This document shows, piece after piece, positions 1 through 8,653 of a DNA stretch of 64,000 nt. Numbering within the stretch: position 1 is the first letter of the stretch; every line of letters begins with the position of its first letter. Below the pieces are notes generated by a model that saw only the letters and a list, made by a program, of their open reading frames with translations, searched no databases and had not been told where the DNA came from. Position numbers and translations under genes: made by a program. The DNA comes from Sulfuricurvum sp. (GTDB taxonomy: Bacteria > Campylobacterota > Campylobacteria > Campylobacterales > Sulfurimonadaceae): positions 52,601 to 116,600 of the forward strand of contig NZ_DASUIQ010000065.1 of the NCBI RefSeq assembly GCF_036279695.1. Direction: 5' to 3'.

Positions 1-1541
1 TCCTCATCGTAGGGGATCTCACGTATAAAACTTTGATCGATTTTGAGCTTATGGATGGGGAGCCGTTTGAGATACGAGAGAGAGGAATACCCCGTACCGA
101 AATCATCAATAGAGATTTCCAGCCCTAAATCTTTTAGTTCTTTTAAAATATAAATGACCTCTTCGGGATTTTTCATGATATGCGATTCGGTCACTTCGAT
201 CGCTATCCATTCATGGACGCATCCGTAAAAATTTAATATGGAAGCGACCTCTTTGGCAATGAGCGGATTTCCGAGCGTTTTTGCCGAAAAGTTGACGGCG
301 ACTTTCGGAGCGTTTATCCCTTGATTATGCCACTTCACTTGTTGATTGGCGACGCTCTCCAAGACAAAAAAATCGACTTCCGAAATAAGCCCCATCTCTT
401 CACAAAGAGGGATGAAATTGATCGGGGAGACCATCCCGATAGTCGGATGCATCCATCTTACCAGTGCTTCGAGTCCGATTAATTCTCCGTTCACTAAATC
501 GACTTGCGGCTGATAATAGACTTGCAATTGGTTCTCTTTGAGTGCGATGCGCAGGGCATTTTCCATCACAACTCTCTCAAATGCTTTATCTCCCATCTCA
601 TTCGCGTAAAAACGGTAGGTATTGCGCCCTTCATTTTTGGCACGGTACATGGCGGTATCGGCATTTTTGAGCAGGGTTTCGGCACTCATCCCATCATCCG
701 GAGAGAGGGCAATCCCGATACTCAGAGAGGTGTGTAAAAGGCGTCCGTCTATCGCAAAAGGTTCTCGGAATGCGTGGATCAATTTTTCGCAAATATCAAT
801 CAGGTCGTCGACATGGTTGATACTTCCGATGAGGATATTAAACTCATCTCCTCCCATCCTAGCGATAGTGTCGCTTTCGCGTAAGATACTCTTGAGTCGT
901 TGAGAAGCAAGTACGAGCAGTTTATCGCCGACCGGATGCCCTAATGAGTCGTTGATCTGTTTGAAATGGTCAAGATCGATAAACAAAACGGCAATTTTCT
1001 CATCCGAGAAATAATTTTTTTTGAGGGTATTTTGAAGGTGGTCTAAAAAGAGAGTCCGGTTCGGTAGAGCGGTGAGTGAATCATGGGTTGCTAAATAAAG
1101 AAGTTGCTCTTGCGCAGTGACAAGTTCCGTAACATCGGTGCGAAAACCTGCAACGATGAGGGGTTCTCCCGCCTCATCAAAAAGGATTTTTGCCCGATCA
1201 TGAATCCAAATCCAATGCCCGTCTTTATGACGAACGCGGTAACGGACATGGGCACTTTCGATTTTATTGGCAATGGAGTTAAAAAGGACACCCATTGCTT
1301 GTTCAACATCGTCAGGATGAAGTAGATCTTTCCATGCTTCGATGGAACTTTCGTACTCGTTTTCATCATATCCGATGATTTCCAGCCACCGTTTTGAGAC
1401 ATAGGTAGTATTATTTTGGACATTAAATTCCCAAATACCGTCTTCAGAGGAACTGATAGCAAATTTGAGTCGGCGGAACTCTTGCGCCTCTTCCGGCGTT
1501 AAAGGCTGTGTTTGAGAAATCGACGAATGGTTATCATTCAT
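1..1541 (-). CDS. PAS-GGDEF-EAL cyclic-di-GMP signalling protein (C-terminal end cut by window edge)
   Basis: Hand translation of the minus strand from ATG at 1541 (SD GGAGGA about 7 nt upstream) is open to position 1. It contains a PAS-like N-terminus, GGDEF (RMGGDEFNIL) and EAL (QVYYQPQ, EALVRW, DDFGTGYSSLSYL) motifs. It is absent from the ORF track because it has no stop inside the window. Confidence 0.85.
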   Translation of the reverse strand, partial: MNDNHSSISQTQPLTPEEAQEFRRLKFAISSSEDGIWEFNVQNNTTYVSKRWLEIIGYDENEYESSIEAWKDLLHPDDVEQAMGVLFNSIANKIESAHVRYRVRHKDGHWIWIHDRAKILFDEAGEPLIVAGFRTDVTELVTAQEQLLYLATHDSLTALPNRTLFLDHLQNTLKKNYFSDEKIAVLFIDLDHFKQINDSLGHPVGDKLLVLASQRLKSILRESDTIARMGGDEFNILIGSINHVDDLIDICEKLIHAFREPFAIDGRLLHTSLSIGIALSPDDGMSAETLLKNADTAMYRAKNEGRNTYRFYANEMGDKAFERVVMENALRIALKENQLQVYYQPQVDLVNGELIGLEALVRWMHPTIGMVSPINFIPLCEEMGLISEVDFFVLESVANQQVKWHNQGINAPKVAVNFSAKTLGNPLIAKEVASILNFYGCVHEWIAIEVTESHIMKNPEEVIYILKELKDLGLEISIDDFGTGYSSLSYLKRLPIHKLKIDQSFIREIPYDE

Positions 1542-1599
1542 ACACTCTTCCTCCTACTACTAAAACATTGTTCTCACTTATGCAGATTATTCTAAAACA

Positions 1600-2979
1600 T
1601 CATAGCACATTTTTATGCGATTTAAAATAATGTAACGCTTTTTCTGAACTCATTTTATGATTGACAATCGGTGCGGGGTAACCCGTTAATGCCAGTGCGG
1701 ATAATCTTTCTTCGCAGTGGAGTGTTTTAGCGGGGATACCGGCTAATTCAGGAAGCCATCGATGGATATAAACCCCATCGGGGTCAAATTTAGCACTTTG
1801 GGTATAGGGATTGAAAATACGAAAATAAGGTTGCGGATCGATACCCGTTCCCGCGCTCCATTGCCATGAGAGACTATTGGAACTCGCATCATAATCGTTG
1901 AGATGCTCGGCAAAAAAGGCTTCACCCCATTGCCACGGCAAGAGGAGGTTTTTAGTGAAGAACGAGGCGACGATCATCCGAACACGATTATGCATTTCTC
2001 CGCTCTCCAATAGCTCTCTTATTCCGGCATCGACAATGGGGACTCCGGTTTGGGCGGTGCAAAATGCTTTAAAATACGCTTCATTTTCTCTTCCTGCAAA
2101 GTTATAGCGAAAATTTCGATTGCTGAGATGGGGGAAATGGGCTAAGAGCATGGCATAAAATTCCCGAAAGATCAGTTGACGAAAAAAAGGCTCCGTATCA
2201 ACTCCTCGATTTTTTTGAGTTGTCAGCCACCGCAAAACATGACGTATCGAAACGGTTCCGAAGCGTAAATCGATGCTGAGCTCGGAGGTCGCATCCAAGG
2301 CTAAAAAGTCTCTATTTTTTGAGTAGTGATCGAGCTTATCGGCAAACTGATCGAGTTTTGTATAGGGTGAGCGTTGTTGGCTAGATGTCAAGATCTGCGG
2401 GATGAATCCGATTGATTCGAGTGATAGAGGTTTCGGAGTATAGTGAGACCTTTGAACACAATGCAGTGGTGAATAATCAAACGGAATAAGAGCGTGAGTC
2501 TTAGGAAAAAACTCTCTCATGTGCTCAGGTCTAAAAAGGGATTTCACTCGGTTGTAATAGGGGGAAAAGACCAAATAGGGGGTTCCGTCGGGTTTGAGTA
2601 TTTCATCACTTCGGAAGATATAGGTATCATTAATATAGTTAAAGGTGAGAAGATGGGATATTTGTCGGTCTCGCTGAAGAGCGTATGCATCATAATCACC
2701 CGAAGCACTAACTTCATCAAAATGGGCGTGCGCTAGAAGATAGCGGAAAATTTCGGTCGGCTCACCGTAGAAAACAGCTAAATCAAGCCCCAATTGCTGT
2801 AAAGAGGATTTGAGCTGGAAGAGTGCATTGAAAATAAACGTGACACGCCGATCATCCGCTTTGAGCGAAGAGAGAATATGGGTATCAAAAATAAAGATGG
2901 GGAGGAGATCCCCTTCCAATGAGAGGAGGGGGTTGTCGTCAATGCGCAGATCACGACGAAACCATACGATACGTCGCAC
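1600..2979 (-). CDS. phr: deoxyribodipyrimidine photolyase / cryptochrome family
   Basis: N-terminus RIVWFRRDLRIDDNPLL and C-terminal WQWSAGTGIDPQPYFRIFNP are classic photolyase motifs. GTG start lies 2 nt after the upstream stop. Confidence 0.9.
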   Translation of the reverse strand: MRRIVWFRRDLRIDDNPLLSLEGDLLPIFIFDTHILSSLKADDRRVTFIFNALFQLKSSLQQLGLDLAVFYGEPTEIFRYLLAHAHFDEVSASGDYDAYALQRDRQISHLLTFNYINDTYIFRSDEILKPDGTPYLVFSPYYNRVKSLFRPEHMREFFPKTHALIPFDYSPLHCVQRSHYTPKPLSLESIGFIPQILTSSQQRSPYTKLDQFADKLDHYSKNRDFLALDATSELSIDLRFGTVSIRHVLRWLTTQKNRGVDTEPFFRQLIFREFYAMLLAHFPHLSNRNFRYNFAGRENEAYFKAFCTAQTGVPIVDAGIRELLESGEMHNRVRMIVASFFTKNLLLPWQWGEAFFAEHLNDYDASSNSLSWQWSAGTGIDPQPYFRIFNPYTQSAKFDPDGVYIHRWLPELAGIPAKTLHCEERLSALALTGYPAPIVNHKMSSEKALHYFKSHKNVL

Positions 2980-2981
2980 GG

Positions 2982-3929
2982 TTATTTTCCCGCGTCAATA
3001 TGAGATCGCAATGCCAGTGTTTTAGGGTAGGGGTTGAGAAAGGTTTGCTCGTGTAGATAGGTGTTATTGTATTTTTGTGCGTACAGAGAGATCGTTGACA
3101 ACGGAACGATCAGAGGGATGATTTTATCGGTGAAATCGTCGATTTGAGTGTGGAGCACTTTTTTTTCATTTTTGGTCAGGTCGTTTTTGAAAAATCCTGC
3201 TAAATGTTCTAAAACATTGCGTGTTTTTTTAATCGAGCTTTTACGAGAAATGGCGGTTTTAAATCCAAGTTCATAGAGTGCAAGCAGGGTTTCGAGAGGC
3301 AGATTCCCACGGTTGGCTACGATATTACCGAGTTCTCGGTATAGTTTTTCGTCTTTGGATTGAAGTAAAAATTTATGGACGGTATGAAATCGGACCATAT
3401 CTCCCAAATTCGGATGAGAAGCGCTAAATTGCTCATACGCATCATAGGCAAAAATCTGCATGATAAAATTTTCTCTCAACCACGGGTCTTGGAGCCTGCC
3501 TTCCTCTTCCATCGGAAGGAGCGGATAGTGCTCAATACACATCGAAGCGAATATACCGTCTTCTTTCCCCTCACAAAAGCCGTTATCAAGATAGACTTTG
3601 GCACTTTTCATCCCGCAACTTGGGGATTTGGATTTGAAAATGATTCCACACAGCGGTTCATTAGAAATCTTGGAGAGTTCTTCATTACTTAGGGAAATAA
3701 GCTTATCGGTAAGATCGGTACCGTCTTTATTGGATTGAACAACAAGCGCATTCTCATGACGTACCAACCGCATAGAAGGACGCGGTGTACCAAAGGCTAA
3801 GTGTTCGGGACAAAACGGGACGAATTCGGCAAATCGAGAGAGCTCATCAGTGATGAAGTGCTCATGTTTGTGTCCTCCGTCAAAACGCAACTTTTGACCT
3901 AACAAACAGGCGGAAACAGCTATTTTCAA
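2982..3929 (-). CDS. DUF523 (TudS-like) + DUF1722 (YbgA-like) fusion protein
   Basis: N-terminus KIAVSACLLGQKLRFDGGHK is DUF523-like and the C-terminal half is YbgA-like (LLPMEEEGRLQDPWLRENF). It sits immediately upstream of photolyase, as ybgA does in E. coli. Confidence 0.75.
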   Translation of the reverse strand: MKIAVSACLLGQKLRFDGGHKHEHFITDELSRFAEFVPFCPEHLAFGTPRPSMRLVRHENALVVQSNKDGTDLTDKLISLSNEELSKISNEPLCGIIFKSKSPSCGMKSAKVYLDNGFCEGKEDGIFASMCIEHYPLLPMEEEGRLQDPWLRENFIMQIFAYDAYEQFSASHPNLGDMVRFHTVHKFLLQSKDEKLYRELGNIVANRGNLPLETLLALYELGFKTAISRKSSIKKTRNVLEHLAGFFKNDLTKNEKKVLHTQIDDFTDKIIPLIVPLSTISLYAQKYNNTYLHEQTFLNPYPKTLALRSHIDAGK

Positions 3930-4145
3930 CTATTCTTCTTTTTTTGGAGACTGTTGTTGTTCAGGCGGTAGTTTGAGTTGACTCTCTTTATACGCTTTTG
4001 AGAGTTTTTGGAGTTCTGAGTTCATGGTTTTAGGGGGAACTTTGGGTGGATGAAGGGGGAGAATAAAGGCTAAAAGGATAAACACCAAGCTAAAAATAAC
4101 ACCACCCAGAAGTGCTAATACGATTTTGAGCTTTTCGTCATTCAT
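3930..4145 (-). CDS. small single-pass membrane protein, unknown function
   Basis: ATG at 4145 is preceded by a perfect SD AGGGAGG (complement of 4151-4157). The track's TTG start at 4163 is less likely. One hydrophobic helix (IVLALLGGVIFSLVFILLAFIL). Confidence 0.5.
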   Translation of the reverse strand: MNDEKLKIVLALLGGVIFSLVFILLAFILPLHPPKVPPKTMNSELQKLSKAYKESQLKLPPEQQQSPKKEE

Positions 4146-4186
4146 AATAACCTCCCTATTCAAGTGGAAGTATTATAGCTTAAAAA

Positions 4187-4714
4187 TTATGACAGCTTAC
4201 CGGCTGAGACGAGGTGATTTACAATTTGCATATTTTTCATAACCCGATTATAGTAGGTATAGTTGGCGGTTCCGCCGTTGTAACCGCTGATAGCACAAAA
4301 GTGATCAACACGTCGGTTTTGAAGAAGTACAACATAATGAGTAGCAACTTGAGCAGAGAGTTTAATATCGCCTAAGAGACGTCCGGCTAATTGAACATCA
4401 CTAAGATTATTAAGCCAACGAAGTTTTTTGACATTTTGTGAAACGTGACGTGCGGTAGCGACTTGAATCTGCATCGGTCCAAGGGACGCTTTGGTAAAAG
4501 ATGTTTTATGTTTAAAATCGCCGATGGTATATTGACCGGCATCGCTCTCGGTGATACAAATCGCACTAAGGGTATTTTCATACGTCTTGCCGTTTTTATC
4601 GGGAATGGATTTCGCGACATCACGTACGGTTTGTAATACATGGAGTTGTTTAGGGGTCATAGAATCAGCAAAAAGTGACAAAGCAAATAGTAATATTAGG
4701 GAAAGAATTCTCAA
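4187..4714 (-). CDS. secreted lytic transglycosylase-like (SLT domain) protein
   Basis: Signal peptide MRILSLILLFALSLFA. The ICITESDAG (catalytic Glu-Ser context) and ISGYNGG motifs resemble the SLT family. TTG start with GAGGTG SD. Confidence 0.5.
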   Translation of the reverse strand: MRILSLILLFALSLFADSMTPKQLHVLQTVRDVAKSIPDKNGKTYENTLSAICITESDAGQYTIGDFKHKTSFTKASLGPMQIQVATARHVSQNVKKLRWLNNLSDVQLAGRLLGDIKLSAQVATHYVVLLQNRRVDHFCAISGYNGGTANYTYYNRVMKNMQIVNHLVSAGKLS

Positions 4715-4975
4715 AAGTTACACCTCAAAAATGGAATGTGAAATTTTAGGGTACTCTGGAAGATATAACAATGGTGTGAGCTTTCTAAATGAATCAGTTA
4801 AGAAAAAGTAATAGAAAAGGGGTCTATCCTACCCCATAGCGGGAAACAGGTGATTAAGATTGAGCCAAAATACTGTTGTTATATGTTATAAAATGTCATC
4901 ATTGTCGTTGTTGATTTAAGTTTCAGAGTAAAAAGTTTTCTAAAAGTATCAAAAAAAGAGGTAAAAAAAGAGCTC

Positions 4976-5491
4976 ATGAGTAAAAATGAAACAATTTTTG
5001 TCCGATTAATGATTTTCTTGATATGCGTGATACCTTTGCATGCAGAACTTACGATTGGATTGCTTGTATCGATAGATAATAATGCAAAACAAACCCTACT
5101 GTACCAAAACGCTTCGGTAGTATGTGAACCCTTCGGTGTCGTGACATTGGAAAAAATGCTCCAAAACAGTGCTTCGCCGCAAGAGTGCCGATCGGCTATT
5201 GACGCTTTTTATCTATCGCACCCGCATCAGAAACACTATGCTCGTGAGCATTTAATACTTCAGCAATCGTATCATTATGAGAGAATTGAACAGGGGTGTG
5301 TCCTATACGCAAACGGACCTGAGAGTTACAGTGAGATGCTTTTACGAGAAGGGTTAGCAGTTGTTGATCCTGCCTTTAATCAAAAAGAGTGGAATGCGAG
5401 ATTAAAGAGAGCCGAATTCGGGGCTACAAAAGAGAAAATCGGATTGCACGAAACGTTGATTCGAAAATGGTGTATTAAAGAAGAGAAGTAG
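4976..5491 (+). CDS. hypothetical exported protein
   Basis: N-terminal hydrophobic signal or anchor. Only a weak SNase-like string (LLREGLAVV). No catalytic motif recognised. Confidence 0.45.
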   Translation: MSKNETIFVRLMIFLICVIPLHAELTIGLLVSIDNNAKQTLLYQNASVVCEPFGVVTLEKMLQNSASPQECRSAIDAFYLSHPHQKHYAREHLILQQSYHYERIEQGCVLYANGPESYSEMLLREGLAVVDPAFNQKEWNARLKRAEFGATKEKIGLHETLIRKWCIKEEK

Positions 5492-5493
5492 AG

Positions 5494-5793
5494 TTAGTGT
5501 TTCTCATCGTTGGTTGTGAGATAAATCCAGTACTCTTTGTGGCTTTTTCCCTGATCGAGAAAGTAGAGCTGTAAAATGGCAACCCGATAGAGGGTTATCG
5601 CCATTTTGGCATACGGGACAGCCAGCGAGAGGGCGAGCCACCACGGCTGTTCTTTGCTCCCCTTGGAGAGCATCATCTCTTCGACTCCGATATTTTTACT
5701 GAGATAGAGCCCGAACGCGATCGAGAATACGAAATTGAGTATTAGCCCAAATATCGCGTAGGCAAAAAAATCGGGAGAGTCGAAATTGATCAT
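5494..5793 (-). CDS. hypothetical membrane protein
   Basis: Two or three hydrophobic helices. Tightly packed 5 nt downstream of ppa. Confidence 0.45.
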   Translation of the reverse strand: MINFDSPDFFAYAIFGLILNFVFSIAFGLYLSKNIGVEEMMLSKGSKEQPWWLALSLAVPYAKMAITLYRVAILQLYFLDQGKSHKEYWIYLTTNDEKH

Positions 5794-5798
5794 GAACC

Positions 5799-6320
5799 TT
5801 ACTCTTTGTAATTTTTGATAGCGTCTTCGAGGATTTTAGTCGCGGATGCTTTATCTTCAAACCCTTTTACTTTTACCCATTTACCCGGCTCGAGCATTTT
5901 GTACGTTTCGAAGAAGTTTTTGATTTTTGCCAACGTGTGTTTCGGAATATCGCCGAGGTCTTGGATCTCTTCAAACGTCGGATCGATTTTAGAGGTTGGA
6001 ACGGCAAGCAATTTTTCATCGATACCGCTTTCATCTTCCATAATGAGAACACCGACAAGGCGGCAGTTTGTTACACATCCCTCAACCATAGGATACTCGG
6101 TAAGGATTAAAATATCAGCCGGATCGCCGTCTTGTGAAAGCGTTTTGTTGACAAATCCGTAGTTTGCCGGATAGTACATAGCTGAATGCATTACACGGTC
6201 AAGTACCAATGCACCGCTCTCTTTTTCTACTTCGTATTTGATGTTTGATCCACATGCAATTTCAATAATTGCTTTGACTTTATCGGGATTTTCGCCGTAA
6301 CCGATTTTGCTTAGATCCAT
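5799..6320 (-). CDS. ppa: inorganic pyrophosphatase (family I)
   Basis: YPANYGFV and DGDPADILIL motifs, 173 aa. Confidence 0.92.
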   Translation of the reverse strand: MDLSKIGYGENPDKVKAIIEIACGSNIKYEVEKESGALVLDRVMHSAMYYPANYGFVNKTLSQDGDPADILILTEYPMVEGCVTNCRLVGVLIMEDESGIDEKLLAVPTSKIDPTFEEIQDLGDIPKHTLAKIKNFFETYKMLEPGKWVKVKGFEDKASATKILEDAIKNYKE

Positions 6321-6476
6321 GAGATACCTCTGTGTATAAAATAATGAGGCGGATTGTAACGAAAGAAACTAAAAGGTTCATTGAAAGTGCACCTAGTAAA
6401 TCTTTTTTAATGAACTTTATACTAAAATCACGCATCGTGTAAAGATTACGCGTGCAAATTAAACAGGGGATAGTGA

Positions 6477-6773
6477 ATGGCATTACTGAAAAAAGTAATG
6501 AAATATTTAACAATGTTTCAATCCAAGAATGCCCCGGAATCTCAAAACTTTGCAGCTGATGCATCGCATGATCGTGCACAAGGTGCCAAAGTAGCAGCAA
6601 TTGCAGCGGCATTGCACCACCATGATTTGGAAAACAGTGATGTTCGGGCAAAAGTAGCGGCGATTGCGGCTGCTTTGCACCATCATGAAATGGAAAACTC
6701 TCAAAATGGTGGCTTGTTAGGAATCGCGGCACTGGTAGCCGCAATTCACCACCGTAACAATATAAAGAAGTAG
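6477..6773 (+). CDS. small His-rich, internally repeated OadG-like peptide
   Basis: GGGGA SD 8 nt upstream. The repeats AKVAAIAAALHHH (aa 37-49 and 58-70) differ mainly at synonymous positions, and a third degenerate copy is IAALVAAIHH. Stop lies 12 nt before pycB. Confidence 0.65.
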   Translation: MALLKKVMKYLTMFQSKNAPESQNFAADASHDRAQGAKVAAIAAALHHHDLENSDVRAKVAAIAAALHHHEMENSQNGGLLGIAALVAAIHHRNNIKK

Positions 6774-6784
6774 GGATTACGTAA

Positions 6785-8623
6785 ATGGCAAAAAAATACA
6801 TCGATGTGATGGACACCACGTTCCGTGACGGCTTTCAGTCCGTATTCGGCGGTCGGGTGTTGATGGAAGATTTCTTCCCTGCGGTCGAAGCGGCTGCGGA
6901 GGCGGGAATCCGACATTTTGAATTTGGAGGCGGAGCACGTTTTCAAAGCCTTTTTTTCTATCTAAACGAAAATGCATTCGATATGATGGATCGTTTCCGC
7001 GCTATCGTGGGACCGGACGCAAATCTTCAAACCCTTGCACGCGGGGTTAATACGGTTATGCTCGATACCGGCAGCCGTGAAATGGTCGATTTACATGCCA
7101 AAATGTTCAAAAAACACGGAACGACAACGATCCGTAACTTTGATGCATTGAATGATGTCGAAAACCTTAAATACTCGGGTGAACGTATCGTTCATCACGG
7201 GTTGAAACACGAAGTGGTTGTCACCATGATGGATCTCCCTCCGGGGTGTGTCGGTGCGCATGATGTCGCATTTTATGAGAAAACACTTCGCGATATTTTG
7301 GATTCGGGCATTCCATACAGCTCTATCTGTTTTAAAGATGCGAGCGGAACTTCAAGTCCTCAAAAAGTGTATGAAACACTTCAAATGGCTCGTCGTTTGG
7401 TTCCTGAGGGGACCCATTTGCGTCTTCATACCCATGAAACGGCAGGGGTGAGTGTCGCGTGTTATCTTGCGGCACTCGATGCCGGAGTAGACGGTATCGA
7501 TATGGCGGCATCACCGGTGAGCGGCGGTACGTCTCAACCCGATATTTTGACGATGCTTCATGCCGTTAAGGGTAAAAACTACGATCTCGGCGGGCTTGAT
7601 GTCGAAAAGATCCTCAAATACGAAGATGTATTGGGCGATTGTTTGAAAGACTATTTCATGCCGCCGGAAGCGACGCAGGTTTCACCTCTCATCCCGTTCT
7701 CTCCGATGCCGGGGGGCGCACTGACTGCCAATACCCAAATGATGCGCGATAACAACATGTTGGATCGTTATCCTGAAGTTATCCGTGCAATGCGTGAAGT
7801 GGTTGAGAAAGGGGGTTACGGAACATCCGTTACTCCGGTATCTCAGTTCTATTTCCAACAAGCGCTGAACAACGCCCTTATGGGACCATGGAAAAAAATC
7901 GCACCGGGTTATGGCAAAATGGTATTGGGTTACTTCGGTAAAACCCCTACTGCACCCGATGCAGAAGTGGTTCGTATCGCTCAAGAGCAACTCAAACTCG
8001 ATCCGACAACAGACAATGCAATCGACATTGCCGATCGTGATGAGACAAAATCGATCGCTTACTGGACTAAAAAGTTGAGTGACGAAGGACTGGAAGCTAC
8101 CGATGAGAATATTTTCATCGCTGCTTCATGTGATGTCAAAGGGATTGCATTCCTCAAAGGGGAAGCGACCGTAAACGTTCGAAAAAATAGCCCGAAAGCG
8201 GCAGAATCAAAACAACCAAATCAATCAAAACAGGAGAATTTCACAATGGCAAATGGAACGTACACAGTAATCGTAGACGGACAACAATATAACGTACAAA
8301 TCGTAGATGGTAACGCAAATGTTCAATCAGTATCAGTAGCAGCGCCGGTTGCGGCTCCGGTAGCGGCAGCACCTGTAGCGGCACCGGTTGCAGCAGCTCC
8401 GGTAGCAAATGCAAACGCGATTTGTGCAGAACTTCCGGGTTCAGTATTCAAACTTGTTGCCGCTGTCGGTGACAGTGTCAATGCCGGTGATAAAATCATG
8501 ATTCTTGAAGCGATGAAAATGGAGATTGATGTTGTCGCTCCGCGTAACGGAAAAGTTACATCGATCAACGTCAATGTAAACGATAAAATCGAAGCAGGTC
8601 AAGTATTGGCAGTTGTAGAGTAA
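6785..8623 (+). CDS. pycB: biotin-carrying carboxyltransferase subunit (oxaloacetate decarboxylase alpha / pyruvate carboxylase subunit B type)
   Basis: N-terminal DTTFRDGFQS carboxyltransferase motif, Ala-Pro linker, and C-terminal biotinyl-lysine motif EAMKMEI. Confidence 0.88.
   Translation: MAKKYIDVMDTTFRDGFQSVFGGRVLMEDFFPAVEAAAEAGIRHFEFGGGARFQSLFFYLNENAFDMMDRFRAIVGPDANLQTLARGVNTVMLDTGSREMVDLHAKMFKKHGTTTIRNFDALNDVENLKYSGERIVHHGLKHEVVVTMMDLPPGCVGAHDVAFYEKTLRDILDSGIPYSSICFKDASGTSSPQKVYETLQMARRLVPEGTHLRLHTHETAGVSVACYLAALDAGVDGIDMAASPVSGGTSQPDILTMLHAVKGKNYDLGGLDVEKILKYEDVLGDCLKDYFMPPEATQVSPLIPFSPMPGGALTANTQMMRDNNMLDRYPEVIRAMREVVEKGGYGTSVTPVSQFYFQQALNNALMGPWKKIAPGYGKMVLGYFGKTPTAPDAEVVRIAQEQLKLDPTTDNAIDIADRDETKSIAYWTKKLSDEGLEATDENIFIAASCDVKGIAFLKGEATVNVRKNSPKAAESKQPNQSKQENFTMANGTYTVIVDGQQYNVQIVDGNANVQSVSVAAPVAAPVAAAPVAAPVAAAPVANANAICAELPGSVFKLVAAVGDSVNAGDKIMILEAMKMEIDVVAPRNGKVTSINVNVNDKIEAGQVLAVVE
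8336..8407 (+). repeat. degenerate tandem repeat encoding the (V/A)AAPVA Ala-Pro linker of PycB
   Basis: 72 nt encode VAAPVAAPVAAAPVAAPVAAAPVA between the carboxyltransferase and biotinyl domains. Confidence 0.8.
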
Positions 8624-8632
8624 CTCTACTGA

Positions 8633-8653
8633 TTCTCCCTTAACGAGGGAGAA
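8633..8653. terminator. hairpin between convergent pycB and cheV
   Basis: TTCTCCCT-taacg-AGGGAGAA, an 8 bp stem with a 5 nt loop. There is no clear T-tract and it overlaps the last cheV codons. Confidence 0.3.

Noticed and set aside
1091-1462. Track ORF of 123 aa on the minus strand (and the plus-strand ORFs at 504-903 and 1104-1325)
   Set aside because: They are out of frame with the long minus-strand reading frame, which carries clear PAS, GGDEF and EAL motifs and runs off the window edge. None contains a recognisable motif.
4715-4975. 260 bp intergenic region examined for a tRNA, SRP RNA, riboswitch or other ncRNA
   Set aside because: I found no cloverleaf, no conserved SRP or riboswitch core, and only a short GGGGT/ACCCC hairpin plus a TGTTATAAA -10-like box. 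It is most simply a promoter and 5' UTR.
4976-5491. Staphylococcal-nuclease-like assignment
   Set aside because: Only the LLREGLAVV string resembles SNase. The catalytic and Ca-binding signature (DGDT...R...D.PE) is absent, so I left it as hypothetical.
6280-6819. 179 aa minus-strand ORF spanning the ppa-pycB intergenic region
   Set aside because: It overlaps the ppa 5' end and runs antisense through the OadG-like ORF. The plus-strand frame shows synonymous-only divergence between its repeats, which supports the plus strand as coding.
8336-8407. Ala-Pro coding tandem repeat as a contingency or VNTR locus
   Set aside because: Ala-Pro linkers before biotinyl or lipoyl domains are normal. The DNA copies are degenerate and in frame, so there is no reason to invoke phase variation.
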